Assembly (NCBI GenBank): GCA_963767035.1
Contig: CAVYBW010000001.1
Coordinates: forward strand, 2,438,547 to 2,502,546
Length of the DNA stretch: 64,000 bases
Reading direction: 5' to 3'
From: an uncultured Chloroflexia bacterium
GTDB lineage: Bacteria; Chloroflexota; Chloroflexia; Chloroflexales; Herpetosiphonaceae
Both the position numbers and the translations under genes were made by a program. The first letter of the stretch is position 1; each line of letters opens with the position of its first letter. A model generated the notes under the pieces. That model did not search any database and was not told the DNA's origin. It saw only the letters and a list, made by a program, of their open reading frames with translations. Below, piece by piece: positions 11,438 through 21,425 of this stretch.

Positions 11438-11884
11438 ATGACGCTTTATTTTTATGCAGTTTCGGCAGAATTTGGCTGCTTCTCGAACTTTTCGGCTCAT
11501 GGATTTAAGCTTGATGGCCAGTATTGGCCCACTAGCGAGCATTATTTTCAGGCCGAAAAGTTTGCTGGCACTGCCTATGCTACTAGCATTCGCTTAGCCA
11601 AATCGCCAGCAATTGCCGCGCGGCTTGGCCGCAGCCGCAAACAACCATTGCGCCCCGATTGGGAAGCAATCAAAGACGATGTAATGCGCCAAGCGTTGTT
11701 CGCAAAATTTCGCAGCCACGCTGATATTCGGGCAATCTTGCTGGCAACCGCTGATCAACCAATCGTTGAGAATGCGCCAGGCGATTATTATTGGGGCTGC
11801 GGCGCTGATGGCTCAGGCAAAAATATGCTTGGTCAATTATTAGTTGAAGTTCGCCAAACCCTACGTGATGAGGAAATTGCATGA
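11438..11884 (+). CDS. NADAR-domain protein (YbiA-like N-glycosidase / ADP-ribose-processing family)
   Basis: 'FSNFS...WPTSEHYFQAEKF...YWGCGADGSGKNMLGQLL' matches E. coli YbiA nearly motif for motif. Confidence 0.8.
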   Translation: MTLYFYAVSAEFGCFSNFSAHGFKLDGQYWPTSEHYFQAEKFAGTAYATSIRLAKSPAIAARLGRSRKQPLRPDWEAIKDDVMRQALFAKFRSHADIRAILLATADQPIVENAPGDYYWGCGADGSGKNMLGQLLVEVRQTLRDEEIA

Positions 11885-12108
11885 GCCATGTCCATTTTTC
11901 AATCGAACAATTGCACCATTTTCAATGTGGCGCATGTAGTGGCTGGTGGAGCATTGGCGATGCTCCACCACGCGAGCATTGGTTTTGCCCATGGTGTGGC
12001 ACCCAGTTAATCAATGCTGGCCCGTTGCCGCCATTAGCGCCAAATAGCGACCTGCCCGAAAGCCCAAATAGCAACCCAGCCTTGAATGATGGCCTAGCAA
12101 TCGATTGA
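11881..12108 (+). CDS. Small zinc-ribbon protein. Overlaps the NADAR stop as ATGA.
   Basis: 'CGACSGWW...CPWCG' are paired CxxC motifs. The 4-nt overlap suggests translational coupling. Confidence 0.4.
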   Translation: MSHVHFSIEQLHHFQCGACSGWWSIGDAPPREHWFCPWCGTQLINAGPLPPLAPNSDLPESPNSNPALNDGLAID

Positions 12109-12193
12109 GCATTTGCTGGAGCAGCAAGCGCTAGTTGGCAAGCATCGCCGAATCTTGTACGATGGCGCAAGCAGTTTTGTGAAGGAGCCGTCT

Positions 12194-12532
12194 ATGTTAA
12201 ACCCCGCTGATCAGCTGTTACTCAAAAGCCTCTGCAACGATTTGGTTGCGGTAGAAGAACAATTAAGTGAACTCGAAACCCATCGTGAAGCAATCCGCGC
12301 GCGGATCTCGGAATTGGTTGAGCAAATGGGCGGCAAAATTCAATTACGTGGTTTTGGCACCTTGCAAATCTCAAATCCAGCGGTGGTCGTCTCATACGAT
12401 CGCAAGGGCATTGAACAATTGGTGCAGCAGTTAGAAGACGCTGGCAATTTTGCGCTGGTTGATGCAATTCAAAGCTCGCGCAAGGAATCGATGCGGAGCG
12501 GTGGTTTGCGCATTATGCGTGAAAAAATCTAA
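12194..12532 (+). CDS. Hypothetical coiled-coil protein
   Basis: ATG behind RBS 'gaaggag'. The ORF tool extends it to 12113, which is probably spurious. Confidence 0.4.
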   Translation: MLNPADQLLLKSLCNDLVAVEEQLSELETHREAIRARISELVEQMGGKIQLRGFGTLQISNPAVVVSYDRKGIEQLVQQLEDAGNFALVDAIQSSRKESMRSGGLRIMREKI

Positions 12533-12535
12533 GCT

Positions 12536-13645
12536 ATGCGTGTATCTGCCCGTTTATTATTCAAAAGCGTATTAATTGTGCTGATTTGGGGCGTAGCGGT
12601 GCTGCAATTGTACCGCCAGCGCGTGCCACCAGCCTTTAATCTGCCTGCTGCGGCGAGCGTCCAAACTCAGCACCCAATTGTGGGAATTCATACCCGCTTG
12701 ATGGGCTTGGATGAAACCACGATTCGGCGTACTTTGCAGCAAGTGCGCGAAATGGGCGCAACCACCATCATCGATCTGTTTCCGTGGGCGGTGATTCAGC
12801 CGCGTTCGGCCAATAGCTATGAGTGGACGGGCAGCGATATGTTGATTGCCCATGCCCAACGTCAAGGCCTGACGGTGATCGCCCGCTTGGATTTTGTGCC
12901 AGCTTGGGCGAGGCCTGCCAACACCAACGATCGCTATATCGCGCCCGATCACTATGTGGCATATGCTGATTTTGTGGCGGCGTTTGCCCAGCGGTATGTG
13001 CCACAGGGCGTGCGGGTGTTGCAAATTTGGAACGAGCCAAATTTACGCTTTGAATGGGGCGATCGTGCGCCCGATCCGGTGGCCTATGCCGAACTCTTGA
13101 AAGTGGTCTATCCACGGGTCAAAGCAGTTGCGCCCGAAGCCATAATCACTTTATCAGGGCTTGCGCCCGGTGGCCCGACCGGGCCGATCGATCCTCAAAC
13201 CTTGAGCGTTAATGACCTGACCTTTCTAGGATTATGTTTAGCTGAAAAGCCACCGTTTGATGCAGTTTCGGTGCATGCCTATGGCTCGATTAATCATGCC
13301 GATCAGCCGCCCGACCCAACGATTACCAATTTTCGTCGCACTGAACTGATTCATGATGTAGTGCTAGCGGCGGGCTATGATGTGCCGTTTTACATCACTG
13401 AGGGTGGCTGGAACGATCATCCACGCTGGCCGAATGCGGTTTCGCCACCAATCCGCGTGCAAAACACGCTTGCCGCTTATGCTTGGGCCGAGCAACACTG
13501 GCCATGGATGCAAAGCGTCGGCTTTTGGCAATTCTCATTGCCCAATCTGACCTACACCTATGCCGATAATTATACTTTTGTCGCGCCTGATGGCATACCT
13601 AAGGCTATTTATTATGCCGTGCAGCAATTTACTCAACAGCCCTAG
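12536..13645 (+). CDS. Membrane-anchored clan GH-A (TIM-barrel) glycoside hydrolase, GH5/GH39-like
   Basis: N-terminal TM helix. 'IWNEPN' contains the acid/base Glu and 'ITEGGW' contains the nucleophile Glu, both typical of clan GH-A. Confidence 0.55.
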   Translation: MRVSARLLFKSVLIVLIWGVAVLQLYRQRVPPAFNLPAAASVQTQHPIVGIHTRLMGLDETTIRRTLQQVREMGATTIIDLFPWAVIQPRSANSYEWTGSDMLIAHAQRQGLTVIARLDFVPAWARPANTNDRYIAPDHYVAYADFVAAFAQRYVPQGVRVLQIWNEPNLRFEWGDRAPDPVAYAELLKVVYPRVKAVAPEAIITLSGLAPGGPTGPIDPQTLSVNDLTFLGLCLAEKPPFDAVSVHAYGSINHADQPPDPTITNFRRTELIHDVVLAAGYDVPFYITEGGWNDHPRWPNAVSPPIRVQNTLAAYAWAEQHWPWMQSVGFWQFSLPNLTYTYADNYTFVAPDGIPKAIYYAVQQFTQQP

Positions 13646-13687
13646 TAGTAATACAGAACCACCTCAACATTCCAAAAAATGAATTTT

Positions 13688-13795
13688 AGGGGGTGCAGGG
13701 GGATTAAAGCCCCCTGCGTTTCCCTCCGGCGGAGGGACGGAAGGGTGGCGAACCATAGTGAGAACCAATAGATCTTTAACCACGAACTATGCTTG
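13688..13795. repeat. Dispersed structured repeat, family B
   Basis: 'gggggattaaagccccc' hairpin, 'tccctccggcggaggga' hairpin, then 'cggaagggtggcgaaccatagtg...ctttaaccacgaact'. Close copies lie at 21661..21712 and 21826..21905, with a fragment at 8840..8880. Confidence 0.6.
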
Positions 13796-13844
13796 ACATA
13801 GCCCAAAAGATTCTCTATACTCAGCTGGTAAGTGGTCTGACCAG

Positions 13845-14537
13845 TTGGTGAGTATGAGTGAATTACAACGACCAGCAGCGTATTGCGAACAACACTTGAT
13901 CAAAGCGATTATTGGTGGCAACTATGCCGCTGGTACGAGCCTGCCGAGCGAACGCGAGCTTGCTGGGCAATTGGGCGTTACCCGACCAACCTTGCGCGAG
14001 GCAATTCAACGCTTGGCACGTGATGGCTGGCTGGTGGTGCAGCAAGGCAAGCCCACCGTGGTTTGCAATATTTGGCAAGCTGGCGGTTTGGGCGTGTTGC
14101 GCAGTTTGCTGCAATATAGCAGCGAGCTACCAGCGCAAATTGTGCCGCAACTGCTAGCGGTGCGCTTGGATTTAGCACCAAGCTACACGGCAATGGCCAT
14201 CGAACAGCATGGCGAGCAAATCGAGGCCTTGTTGCAAACAGGTTTAGTTTTGGCCGATACTGCTGCGGCCTATGCCCAATTCGATTGGCAATTACAGCAT
14301 CAACTGACGATTGCTTCGATGAATCCAATTTATACCTTGATTTTAAATGGCTTTCGCGGCTTCTACCACATGATGGCCTTGGATTATTTTGCACTAGCGC
14401 AGGCACGTGAGCATTCAGCGGCATTTTATCGCACGCTGTTGCACGCTGCCAGCACTCACGATGTTGAGCTAGCGCGTGAGGCGAGCCGCGCTGCCATGCA
14501 CCAAAGCATTGAGTTTTGGCATGAATTAAATCACTAA
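13845..14537 (+). CDS. fadR: GntR-family transcriptional regulator, FadR subfamily
   Basis: 'LPSERELAGQLGVTRPTLREAIQRLARDGWLVVQQGKPT' closely parallels the E. coli FadR HTH region. The C-terminal domain is an all-alpha FadR_C-like fold. Confidence 0.7.
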   Translation: MVSMSELQRPAAYCEQHLIKAIIGGNYAAGTSLPSERELAGQLGVTRPTLREAIQRLARDGWLVVQQGKPTVVCNIWQAGGLGVLRSLLQYSSELPAQIVPQLLAVRLDLAPSYTAMAIEQHGEQIEALLQTGLVLADTAAAYAQFDWQLQHQLTIASMNPIYTLILNGFRGFYHMMALDYFALAQAREHSAAFYRTLLHAASTHDVELAREASRAAMHQSIEFWHELNH

Positions 14538-14555
14538 ATTAACAAAGGGGTTAGT

Positions 14556-16157
14556 ATGCGCCGTTGGAATGGTTGGGGCGATGAGAGCAAAGATTATGTG
14601 GTTAAAGCTGGTATTTTAGGCTTACTCAAGCAATTAATTGGGGTTGGCCCAATTCCCAGCGATGTAACCCTAGCCGAGGTTATTGCCCACGTGCCAGCAT
14701 CACGCTTGCCACACCACGACTTGATTAGCACTGATCCTGAGCTGCGAATTCGCCATGCTCGTGGCCAGAGTTTTGCCGATTTGGTGGCCTTGCGCAGCGG
14801 CGATTTGGGCCAAATTCCCGATGGTGTGGCCTTTCCCCAAACCAGCCAAGCGGTGCGCGAGTTGCTCGATTGGGCTAGCGCCAATACCGTAACCCTGATT
14901 CCCTATGGCGGCGGAACCAGCGTCGCAGGCCATATTAATCCAGTTGCTGGCGAACGGCCAATTTTGACCGTTAGCCTTGCCAAACTCAATCGCTTGCTGG
15001 AAATCAACCCAACTGCGCGGCTAGCACGGTTTGGGGCAGGCATCAAAGGTCCAGATCTGGAAGCACAATTGCGTGCTTTGGGCTTTACGCTCGGCCATTT
15101 TCCCCAATCGTTTGAGCTTTCGACGCTTGGCGGCTGGATTGCCACCCGTTCAAGTGGCCAGCAATCACTTGGTTTTGGGCGCATTGAGCAATTATGGGCT
15201 GGCGGACGAATTGAAACACCCCAAGGCGCATTAGAATTAGCGCCATTTCCGGCCTCGGCGGCTGGCCCTGACTTACGTGAAATGCTACTTGGCTCGGAAG
15301 GCCGCTATGGCATTATCACCGAAGCCACAGTACGCATTCGGCCAATTCCTGAGCTTGATGTGGTGCATGCAATCTTCTTCACTAATTGGGAACAGGCCCA
15401 AACTGCGGCCCGCACGATTGCCCAAGCCAACCTGCCGTTGGGAATGTTGCGGCTGAGCACGCCAACCGAAACCATGACCAACCTCGCCTTGGCAGGCCAC
15501 GAACGAGCGATTGGCTTGCTCGAAGGCTTTTTGAAATTGCGTGGCGTTGGCGCGGAAAAATGTATGCTGTTGGTTGGCTTTATTGGCAGCAAAGCCCAAG
15601 TTGCGCTCAGCCGCCAAGCAGTTTTGCGCTTGACCCGCCAACACGCTGGGGTGCATATCGGCCAAACCTTTGGCAAGGCATGGCGACATGGGCGGTTTCG
15701 CGCACCCTATTTGCGCAATCGGCTGTGGGAATTGGGCTATGGCGTGGATACGGTCGAGACTGCCACGACCTGGGAGAATCTCAACCCATTGTTAGAAACG
15801 CTAGAGCAGCGTTTGCGCAATGGCTTAGCTGCTGAGCACGAACAGGTGCATGTCTTCACCCATCTTTCACATTTCTACACTACTGGTTCCAGCATCTACA
15901 CTACCTATGCGTTTCGGCTAGGCGCTGATGCCCAAGCAACCATGGCCCGTTGGCACCAACTGAAAAGCGCTGCCAGCCAAGCAATTGTTGCCGCCGGCGG
16001 CACGATTAGCCATCAACATGGCGTGGGGCTTGATCATCGGCCCTATCTTGAGGCTGAAAAAGGCCGTTTGGGCATTGGCGCGTTGCAACAACTTGGCCAA
16101 CATTTCGACCCGCAAGGCTTGCTCAACCCCGCCAAATTATACGAGGATGGCCAATGA
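14556..16157 (+). CDS. FAD-linked oxidase of the alkyl-dihydroxyacetonephosphate synthase (AGPS) family
   Basis: 'RRWNGWGDESKDY', 'IPYGGGTSVAGH', 'ELSTLGGWIATRSSG', 'GSEGRYGIITEATVRIRPIPE' and 'ISHQHGVGL' track the conserved blocks of eukaryotic AGPS. The gene is 18 nt downstream of the fadR-like gene. Confidence 0.75.
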   Translation: MRRWNGWGDESKDYVVKAGILGLLKQLIGVGPIPSDVTLAEVIAHVPASRLPHHDLISTDPELRIRHARGQSFADLVALRSGDLGQIPDGVAFPQTSQAVRELLDWASANTVTLIPYGGGTSVAGHINPVAGERPILTVSLAKLNRLLEINPTARLARFGAGIKGPDLEAQLRALGFTLGHFPQSFELSTLGGWIATRSSGQQSLGFGRIEQLWAGGRIETPQGALELAPFPASAAGPDLREMLLGSEGRYGIITEATVRIRPIPELDVVHAIFFTNWEQAQTAARTIAQANLPLGMLRLSTPTETMTNLALAGHERAIGLLEGFLKLRGVGAEKCMLLVGFIGSKAQVALSRQAVLRLTRQHAGVHIGQTFGKAWRHGRFRAPYLRNRLWELGYGVDTVETATTWENLNPLLETLEQRLRNGLAAEHEQVHVFTHLSHFYTTGSSIYTTYAFRLGADAQATMARWHQLKSAASQAIVAAGGTISHQHGVGLDHRPYLEAEKGRLGIGALQQLGQHFDPQGLLNPAKLYEDGQ

Positions 16158-17759
16158 ACCCACGTTTGCAATGGAATGGCGCTTGGCGCGAACGCACGTG
16201 GCATGAGCTTGACCAGCCATGGGATGTGATCATCATTGGCGGTGGGATTACCGGAGCAGGCTTATTGCGCGAAGCAACCCGCTCGGGCCTCAAAGCCCTG
16301 CTGCTCGAAGCACGCGATTTTGCTTGGGGCACTTCAAGCCGCTCATCAAAATTAGTTCATGGTGGGCTACGGTATTTGGCCCAAGGCCAAGTGCGGGTAA
16401 CCTATGATTCAGTGGTTGAGCGCGAACAGCTCTTAAATGAAGCGCCAGGTTTAGTCGGGCCGTTGGGCTTTTTGATTGGCCTGCCACAGGGCAAACCGCT
16501 GAAACGTTGGGTTTATCAGGCTGGATTATTGGCCTACGATGCCCTTGCGCGACGCAGCGAACAGCATTATTTGAGCATGCCCAATTTGCGATTACTTGCG
16601 CCATACCTCAACGATGCCACATTAGCGGCTGGTTTGCGCTACAGCGATGCCCAAACCGATGATGCGCGTTTGGTTTTGCGCATTTTGCGCGAAGCAGCAG
16701 CAGCAGGCGCAACGTTATTAAATTACTGCGGCAGTTACGCAATTGGTGCGTGAAGATCAGCAAGTAGTTGGGGTTGTGGTGCGAGAGCAACTCAGCCAAC
16801 GCGAGCAAACACTCAAAGCTACAGCAGTAATCAATGCTACGGGCGTTTGGGTCGATCAATTGCGTCAACAGATTCAAGCGCCAGCTAAAATGCGCCCACT
16901 GCGTGGCAGCCATTTGGTGTTTGCCCAAGCCCAATTGCCACTGACACAAGCAATCAATTTAGAGCATCCCCGCGATCGCCGCCCGGTCTTTTTTGTGCCA
17001 TGGGAAGGCGTGAGCATCGTTGGCACCACCGACCTTGATCACGAGCCAGATTTGTGGCAAGAGCCAAGTATTAGCCCCGCTGAAGTTGATTATTTATTTG
17101 AAGCAGTTCAGAAGGCGTTTCCCAGTTTGGGTTTAGGCTTGAGCGATGTGATTTCGACTTGGAGCGGCGTGCGGCCTGTGGTCGATACCGGCGCGAGCGA
17201 TCCGTCCAAGGAATCGCGAGATTATGTCTTGTGGCAAGAGCAAGGCTTATTGACGGTAACTGGCGGCAAATTAACTACCTTTCGTTTGATCGCACTTGAA
17301 GCTTTGAAGCTATTACGCCAACGCTTGCCAAAAATCAAGCTTTGGCCGCATGCACCACGGCTCAATCCGGCTCCCGCTGATTTAGCTGGCAATCTCGCAC
17401 CGTTGATTAAGCAACGTTTGTTGGGGCGCTACGCCGCCGAAGCACCGGTGATGCTGCAACAATTGCCAGCCGCTGAATTTGGATCAATTGATGGTTTGCC
17501 AAGTTTATGGGCCGAAATGCGCTGGGCAGCTCGTTGCGAAGCAGTAACCAATTTGGGTGATTTGCTGTTGCGGCGTAGTCGTTTGGGCATATTACTAGCC
17601 CATGGCGCAGCCGCCTATCACGAGCAAATTCAGGCGATCTGTGCTGAGGAGTTGGGCTGGGACGCAGCACGCTGGCAAACTGAGTGGCATAGCTATCAAG
17701 CATTAATTGCCCAGCATTATGGCTTGCCAACCAGCCGTGTTAATGCTGCTCTAATTTGA
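16154..17759 (+). CDS. glpD: FAD-dependent glycerol-3-phosphate dehydrogenase (GlpD/GlpA-like). Frameshift near 16720-16730 splits ORFs 16154..16753 and 16743..17759.
   Basis: 'DVIIIGGGITGAG' is the FAD motif and 'SSRSSKLVHGGLRYL' follows. The second ORF continues with 'VVGVVVRE...VINATGVWVD...RGSHLV'. The start ATG overlaps the AGPS stop as ATGA. Confidence 0.75.
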
Positions 17760-17811
17760 CAATGACCCTAAGCAGGCTATAATGAAATCAAACCTTCTCC
17801 TCTCTCTTCTC

Positions 17812-17852
17812 TCCCACAAGCGGCTCCATTATGCGAGCCGTTTGTGGTTTAA
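17812..17852 (+). terminator. Stem-loop downstream of glpD, probable terminator
   Basis: 'ccacaagcggctc cattatgc gagccgtttgtgg' with one G-U pair, followed by 'ttt'. Confidence 0.5.
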
Positions 17853-17991
17853 GTGACATTTCACCACAGCAACCATGCAACCAATCATCAATCGCATCAA
17901 TTTGCTTGACGCAGACATTACATTGTGATATTTATAACATAGCAACCAATTAAAACCTGCTTACTCGCGGCTTGTGGATAAGGTGGCGTTG

Positions 17992-19245
17992 ATGAAGATC
18001 ACGATTCTGAGTTACGGTTCGCGCGGCGATGTGCAGCCATTCTTGGCACTTGGCCGAGCCTTGCATCATGTTGGGCATAGCGTTCAGTTGGTTGGCCCTG
18101 CCAATTTTGCCGAGTTAAGCCAAGCTGCGGGCGTGCCGTTCGTTTCAGTTGGGGTTGATCTTCAGGCGTATCTACGCGAACGCATCACGAGCTTATCAGG
18201 CTCACGCAACGTCATCAGCCTCTTAAAAAAGCTGCGCAACGAACTCAATGAGCTAATTGAGGAAATTGCCCATGAGACATTGCAGGCTTGCCAAGGCAGC
18301 GATTGTATCATTGGCGCAGGGCCACAAACTGCTAGTCTATCCCAAAAACTTGGGGTTCCATTTATTGAAGCCGTGCTTCAGCCAATGACTCCCACCCGTG
18401 CATTTCCCTCACCAATTGCCCCAAGCTGGCTCCAATTTGGTGGATTTGCCAACTATCTCAGCCACCTTGGGTTTGAGCAGATCTTTTGGCAGATCTTTCG
18501 GCCTACGGTCAATCGGGTGCGGACGCATGTGCTTGATTTGCCATCGTATGGCTTCAGCAGTCCGTTTGCCCAGATTCGCGAGCAGGTTTCACTGCGGCTG
18601 CATGCCTATAGTGCCCACGTAATGCCACGGCCAAGCGATTGGGCCGCCCAACATCAAGTAACGGGATTCTGGTTTCTGCCTCCACCCACCGATTGGACAC
18701 CACCCGCTGATCTCAGTGCTTTTCTGGCAGCCGGCCCTGCACCGATTTATATTGGCTTTGGCAGCATGATGGGTGGTGATCCACAGCAATTAACCGCGCT
18801 GGTGAGTGCCACCTTGGCTCGCTGCGGCCAACGTGGGATTTTAGCTGGCGGCTGGGGGGCGTTAGCCGAAACTGCAGAATCAACAGATCAGTTGTTTTTT
18901 GTTCAGGATGTGCCGCATTATTGGCTTTTACCACAAATGGCCGCGATCGTGCATCATGGCGGTGCTGGCACCACAGGCGCGGCTTTACGCAGTGGCAAGC
19001 CCTCGATTGTGGTGCCATTCGGCTTTGATCAAGCCTTCTGGGGGCGACGGGTGGCAGAGCTTGGCGTGGGTTCCGCTCCCGTTCCGCGCAAGCAACTCAG
19101 CGTTGATCGGTTGGCGAGCGCGATCACTCAAGTAACTAGCCAAGCAGCGATTCGCGAGCGGGCAGCGCAACTTGGTAGCCAAATTCAAGCTGAGTATGGC
19201 ACAGCGCAGGCAATCGATCATATCCATCGGGTCTTGCGCCGCTAA
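17992..19245 (+). CDS. GT1-family glycosyltransferase (UDP-glycosyltransferase, MGT/sterol-GT-like)
   Basis: N-terminal 'ILSYGSRGDVQPFLALGRAL' and C-terminal 'HHGGAGTTGAALRSGKPSIVVPFGFDQ' are UDPGT signatures. RBS 'aaggtgg'. An alternative GTG start is at 17974. Confidence 0.75.
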   Translation: MKITILSYGSRGDVQPFLALGRALHHVGHSVQLVGPANFAELSQAAGVPFVSVGVDLQAYLRERITSLSGSRNVISLLKKLRNELNELIEEIAHETLQACQGSDCIIGAGPQTASLSQKLGVPFIEAVLQPMTPTRAFPSPIAPSWLQFGGFANYLSHLGFEQIFWQIFRPTVNRVRTHVLDLPSYGFSSPFAQIREQVSLRLHAYSAHVMPRPSDWAAQHQVTGFWFLPPPTDWTPPADLSAFLAAGPAPIYIGFGSMMGGDPQQLTALVSATLARCGQRGILAGGWGALAETAESTDQLFFVQDVPHYWLLPQMAAIVHHGGAGTTGAALRSGKPSIVVPFGFDQAFWGRRVAELGVGSAPVPRKQLSVDRLASAITQVTSQAAIRERAAQLGSQIQAEYGTAQAIDHIHRVLRR

Positions 19246-19256
19246 TCGTCTCGGTT

Positions 19257-21392
19257 TTAGGCGATTTCTTCTGGCTCAAGCACTGGCAAATTCCACAATT
19301 CTTCGGGGACTTGCATATGAATCTGGGTGCCGCCCTGCTCAGGTGTGGAAATAGTCAGGCTGCCACCAATCACCATCAATAAACCGCGATGCAAACGCAA
19401 GCCACTGCCGCTGCCCGCTGAACTCGGCTGATTCGCCGCGATGCCCACGCCATCATCACAAATATCTACGACCAACCCATGTCGCCAATCGATCTGCACT
19501 TGAAGATTCAAGTGGCGGCGTGGGTCGTTGCCACGGGCATGGCGGGCAGCATTGCGCAGTGCTTCTTGCAAGGCATAGCTAATTACTTCGCCGATAAATT
19601 GCGGCGTATCAGCCAAACGAGCTTCAGCAGCAGGCGCAACCGTATATCCAACCTGATCAAAGGCATTGCCAAAATCAACCAGCACCATATCGTGCAGGGT
19701 TTGAGCCAAGCCACCTTGAGCTAAACGATAGGGCGTTGCTGGCGGCAAAGAACGAATCAGGGCTGAAAGCTTGGTATGCGCCTCGGATAAGGCCTTAATT
19801 GTTTGTTGCGCCATGGGATCGTTCGCTGAAACAGCGCTCAAATGAATCAAGGCAGCGTGAATTTGGGGCAAAACATCGTCGTGCAAGGTGCGCCGACCTT
19901 GACTACCCAACACTTTGACCTCGGCAATTCGTTGCCGCAGCACATCGCCTAACATTCGAGCCGCCCGTTCGCCCGCTAGCGCATCGGTCAAACGCGCACA
20001 GCAGGCCGCCGCAACTTCCATTAATTCTTCGCTATAAACCGCGCCGTTCTGCGGCGAACCAAGCACCAAAGCACCAGCTAAACCACGACCATCCCAGAGT
20101 GGGATGGCCCATTCAGCGCCACTTTGGGCCTTGAGCTGAATCCCTGATGTGCGGCGTTCTGATGAAATTGGCAATTGCTCAAGAATTGGAATTGGCGTTT
20201 GGCCCCAATGATAGCTGATGACTTTGGGCAAACCTGGCACTGCATCGCGTAGCAACAAACAGGCGCGTTCTGCTCGCAACACATCGCGGCTAATCGCCTC
20301 GACCAAGCCCTCGACTGAGGCCGAGAGACTAGCACCACCATCTAGCAAGCGATCTTGAAAGTGTAAACTGCCGACGAAAGGCCGTAAACGTTCCATAAAG
20401 GCCTCGTGCTCAACCCGATAGCGCCAACTTAACAAGCCATAAGCCAACGAGGCCAAGGTGGTGGCAAACAGCACAATATAAATCGAAGCCACTTCAAATG
20501 CGGCGCTAACCCCAACCATCAAAGCAAAACCACCAGCAATCGCCACCAGCCAGCGCCATTGATCGATGCGGTTCCATTGAGGTAGCGGGCGATCGGTAAA
20601 AGCCGCATAGGCGCCCATGGCTTGGCCAGCAGCACCCAAGGCCGCCGCCACCACGATCAACACCATCACATCCAATTGAAAAAGAGCTCGATCGCTCGAT
20701 CGGCCAGCCATGCTACTTCCGGCGTGCGCACCGATGAGCCTTGCGAAAAAACTACCACCGCGCCGATTAAGGCCACAATTCCGGCTAGCAAGCCAAGCAA
20801 CGATGTGCGAATCAGCCACGAACGCACCCGCAGCCACGCTTGATGCGGCAGATTATTGCGCCGACCAGGTCCAGTCAGCAAGGCATGAAATTGGCAAACT
20901 GAAACACATGATCAAGGCCAAAAGATAGCCAGCGACGATAAACGGCAAGTTGGCAACCAACCATGCTGGCACAAATTTCAAGGCCAAAATGCGGGCTTCT
21001 TGGGGCAATGGGTAAATCGCAGTCAGCACTAAGCCCAAAATCCCAATAAAAATGCCCATGGTAAACAACAGCAATTTATGAACGCGTAGGCTCTTGCCGC
21101 TCACCCCCGTATACCAGATCATCGTGGCATACCAAGCATACGGTGCGAGCAACGAAACCACGCTGATGACCCGCCACCAAAATGGTAGGCCCACATCAAC
21201 GACAGGTGGGCCACGCCCAATAATCGCCGCGTGAATCAAAAAGAACACGCCAGCCATCAGCAAGCCAGCCGCCGCCAAGCGTGGGCCACGTTCGCGCCCG
21301 CCATCAAGCGTCACGGTCATGCCCAACCATAAACAGATAATTGCATTGAAGATTGAAATTGCGAGGGCAATCGATTGCAGAATAAAAATCAT
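19257..21392 (-). CDS. Sensor histidine kinase. N-terminal multi-TM (7TMR-HK-like) domain, then GAF, HisKA and HATPase_c. Probably split by two frameshifts near 20840-20885 into ORFs 20853..21392, 20666..20881 and 19257..20837.
   Basis: C-terminal 'ICDDGVGIA...GSGLRL' is HATPase. A His-containing dimerisation helix sits around 'HDDVLPQIHAALIHL'. The 179-aa upstream ORF is entirely TM helices and a bridging ORF adds another TM helix. No response regulator is adjacent. Confidence 0.55.
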
Positions 21393-21425
21393 GGGCGCTA
21401 CCTATAAGCCAGTTATTTCATCATA

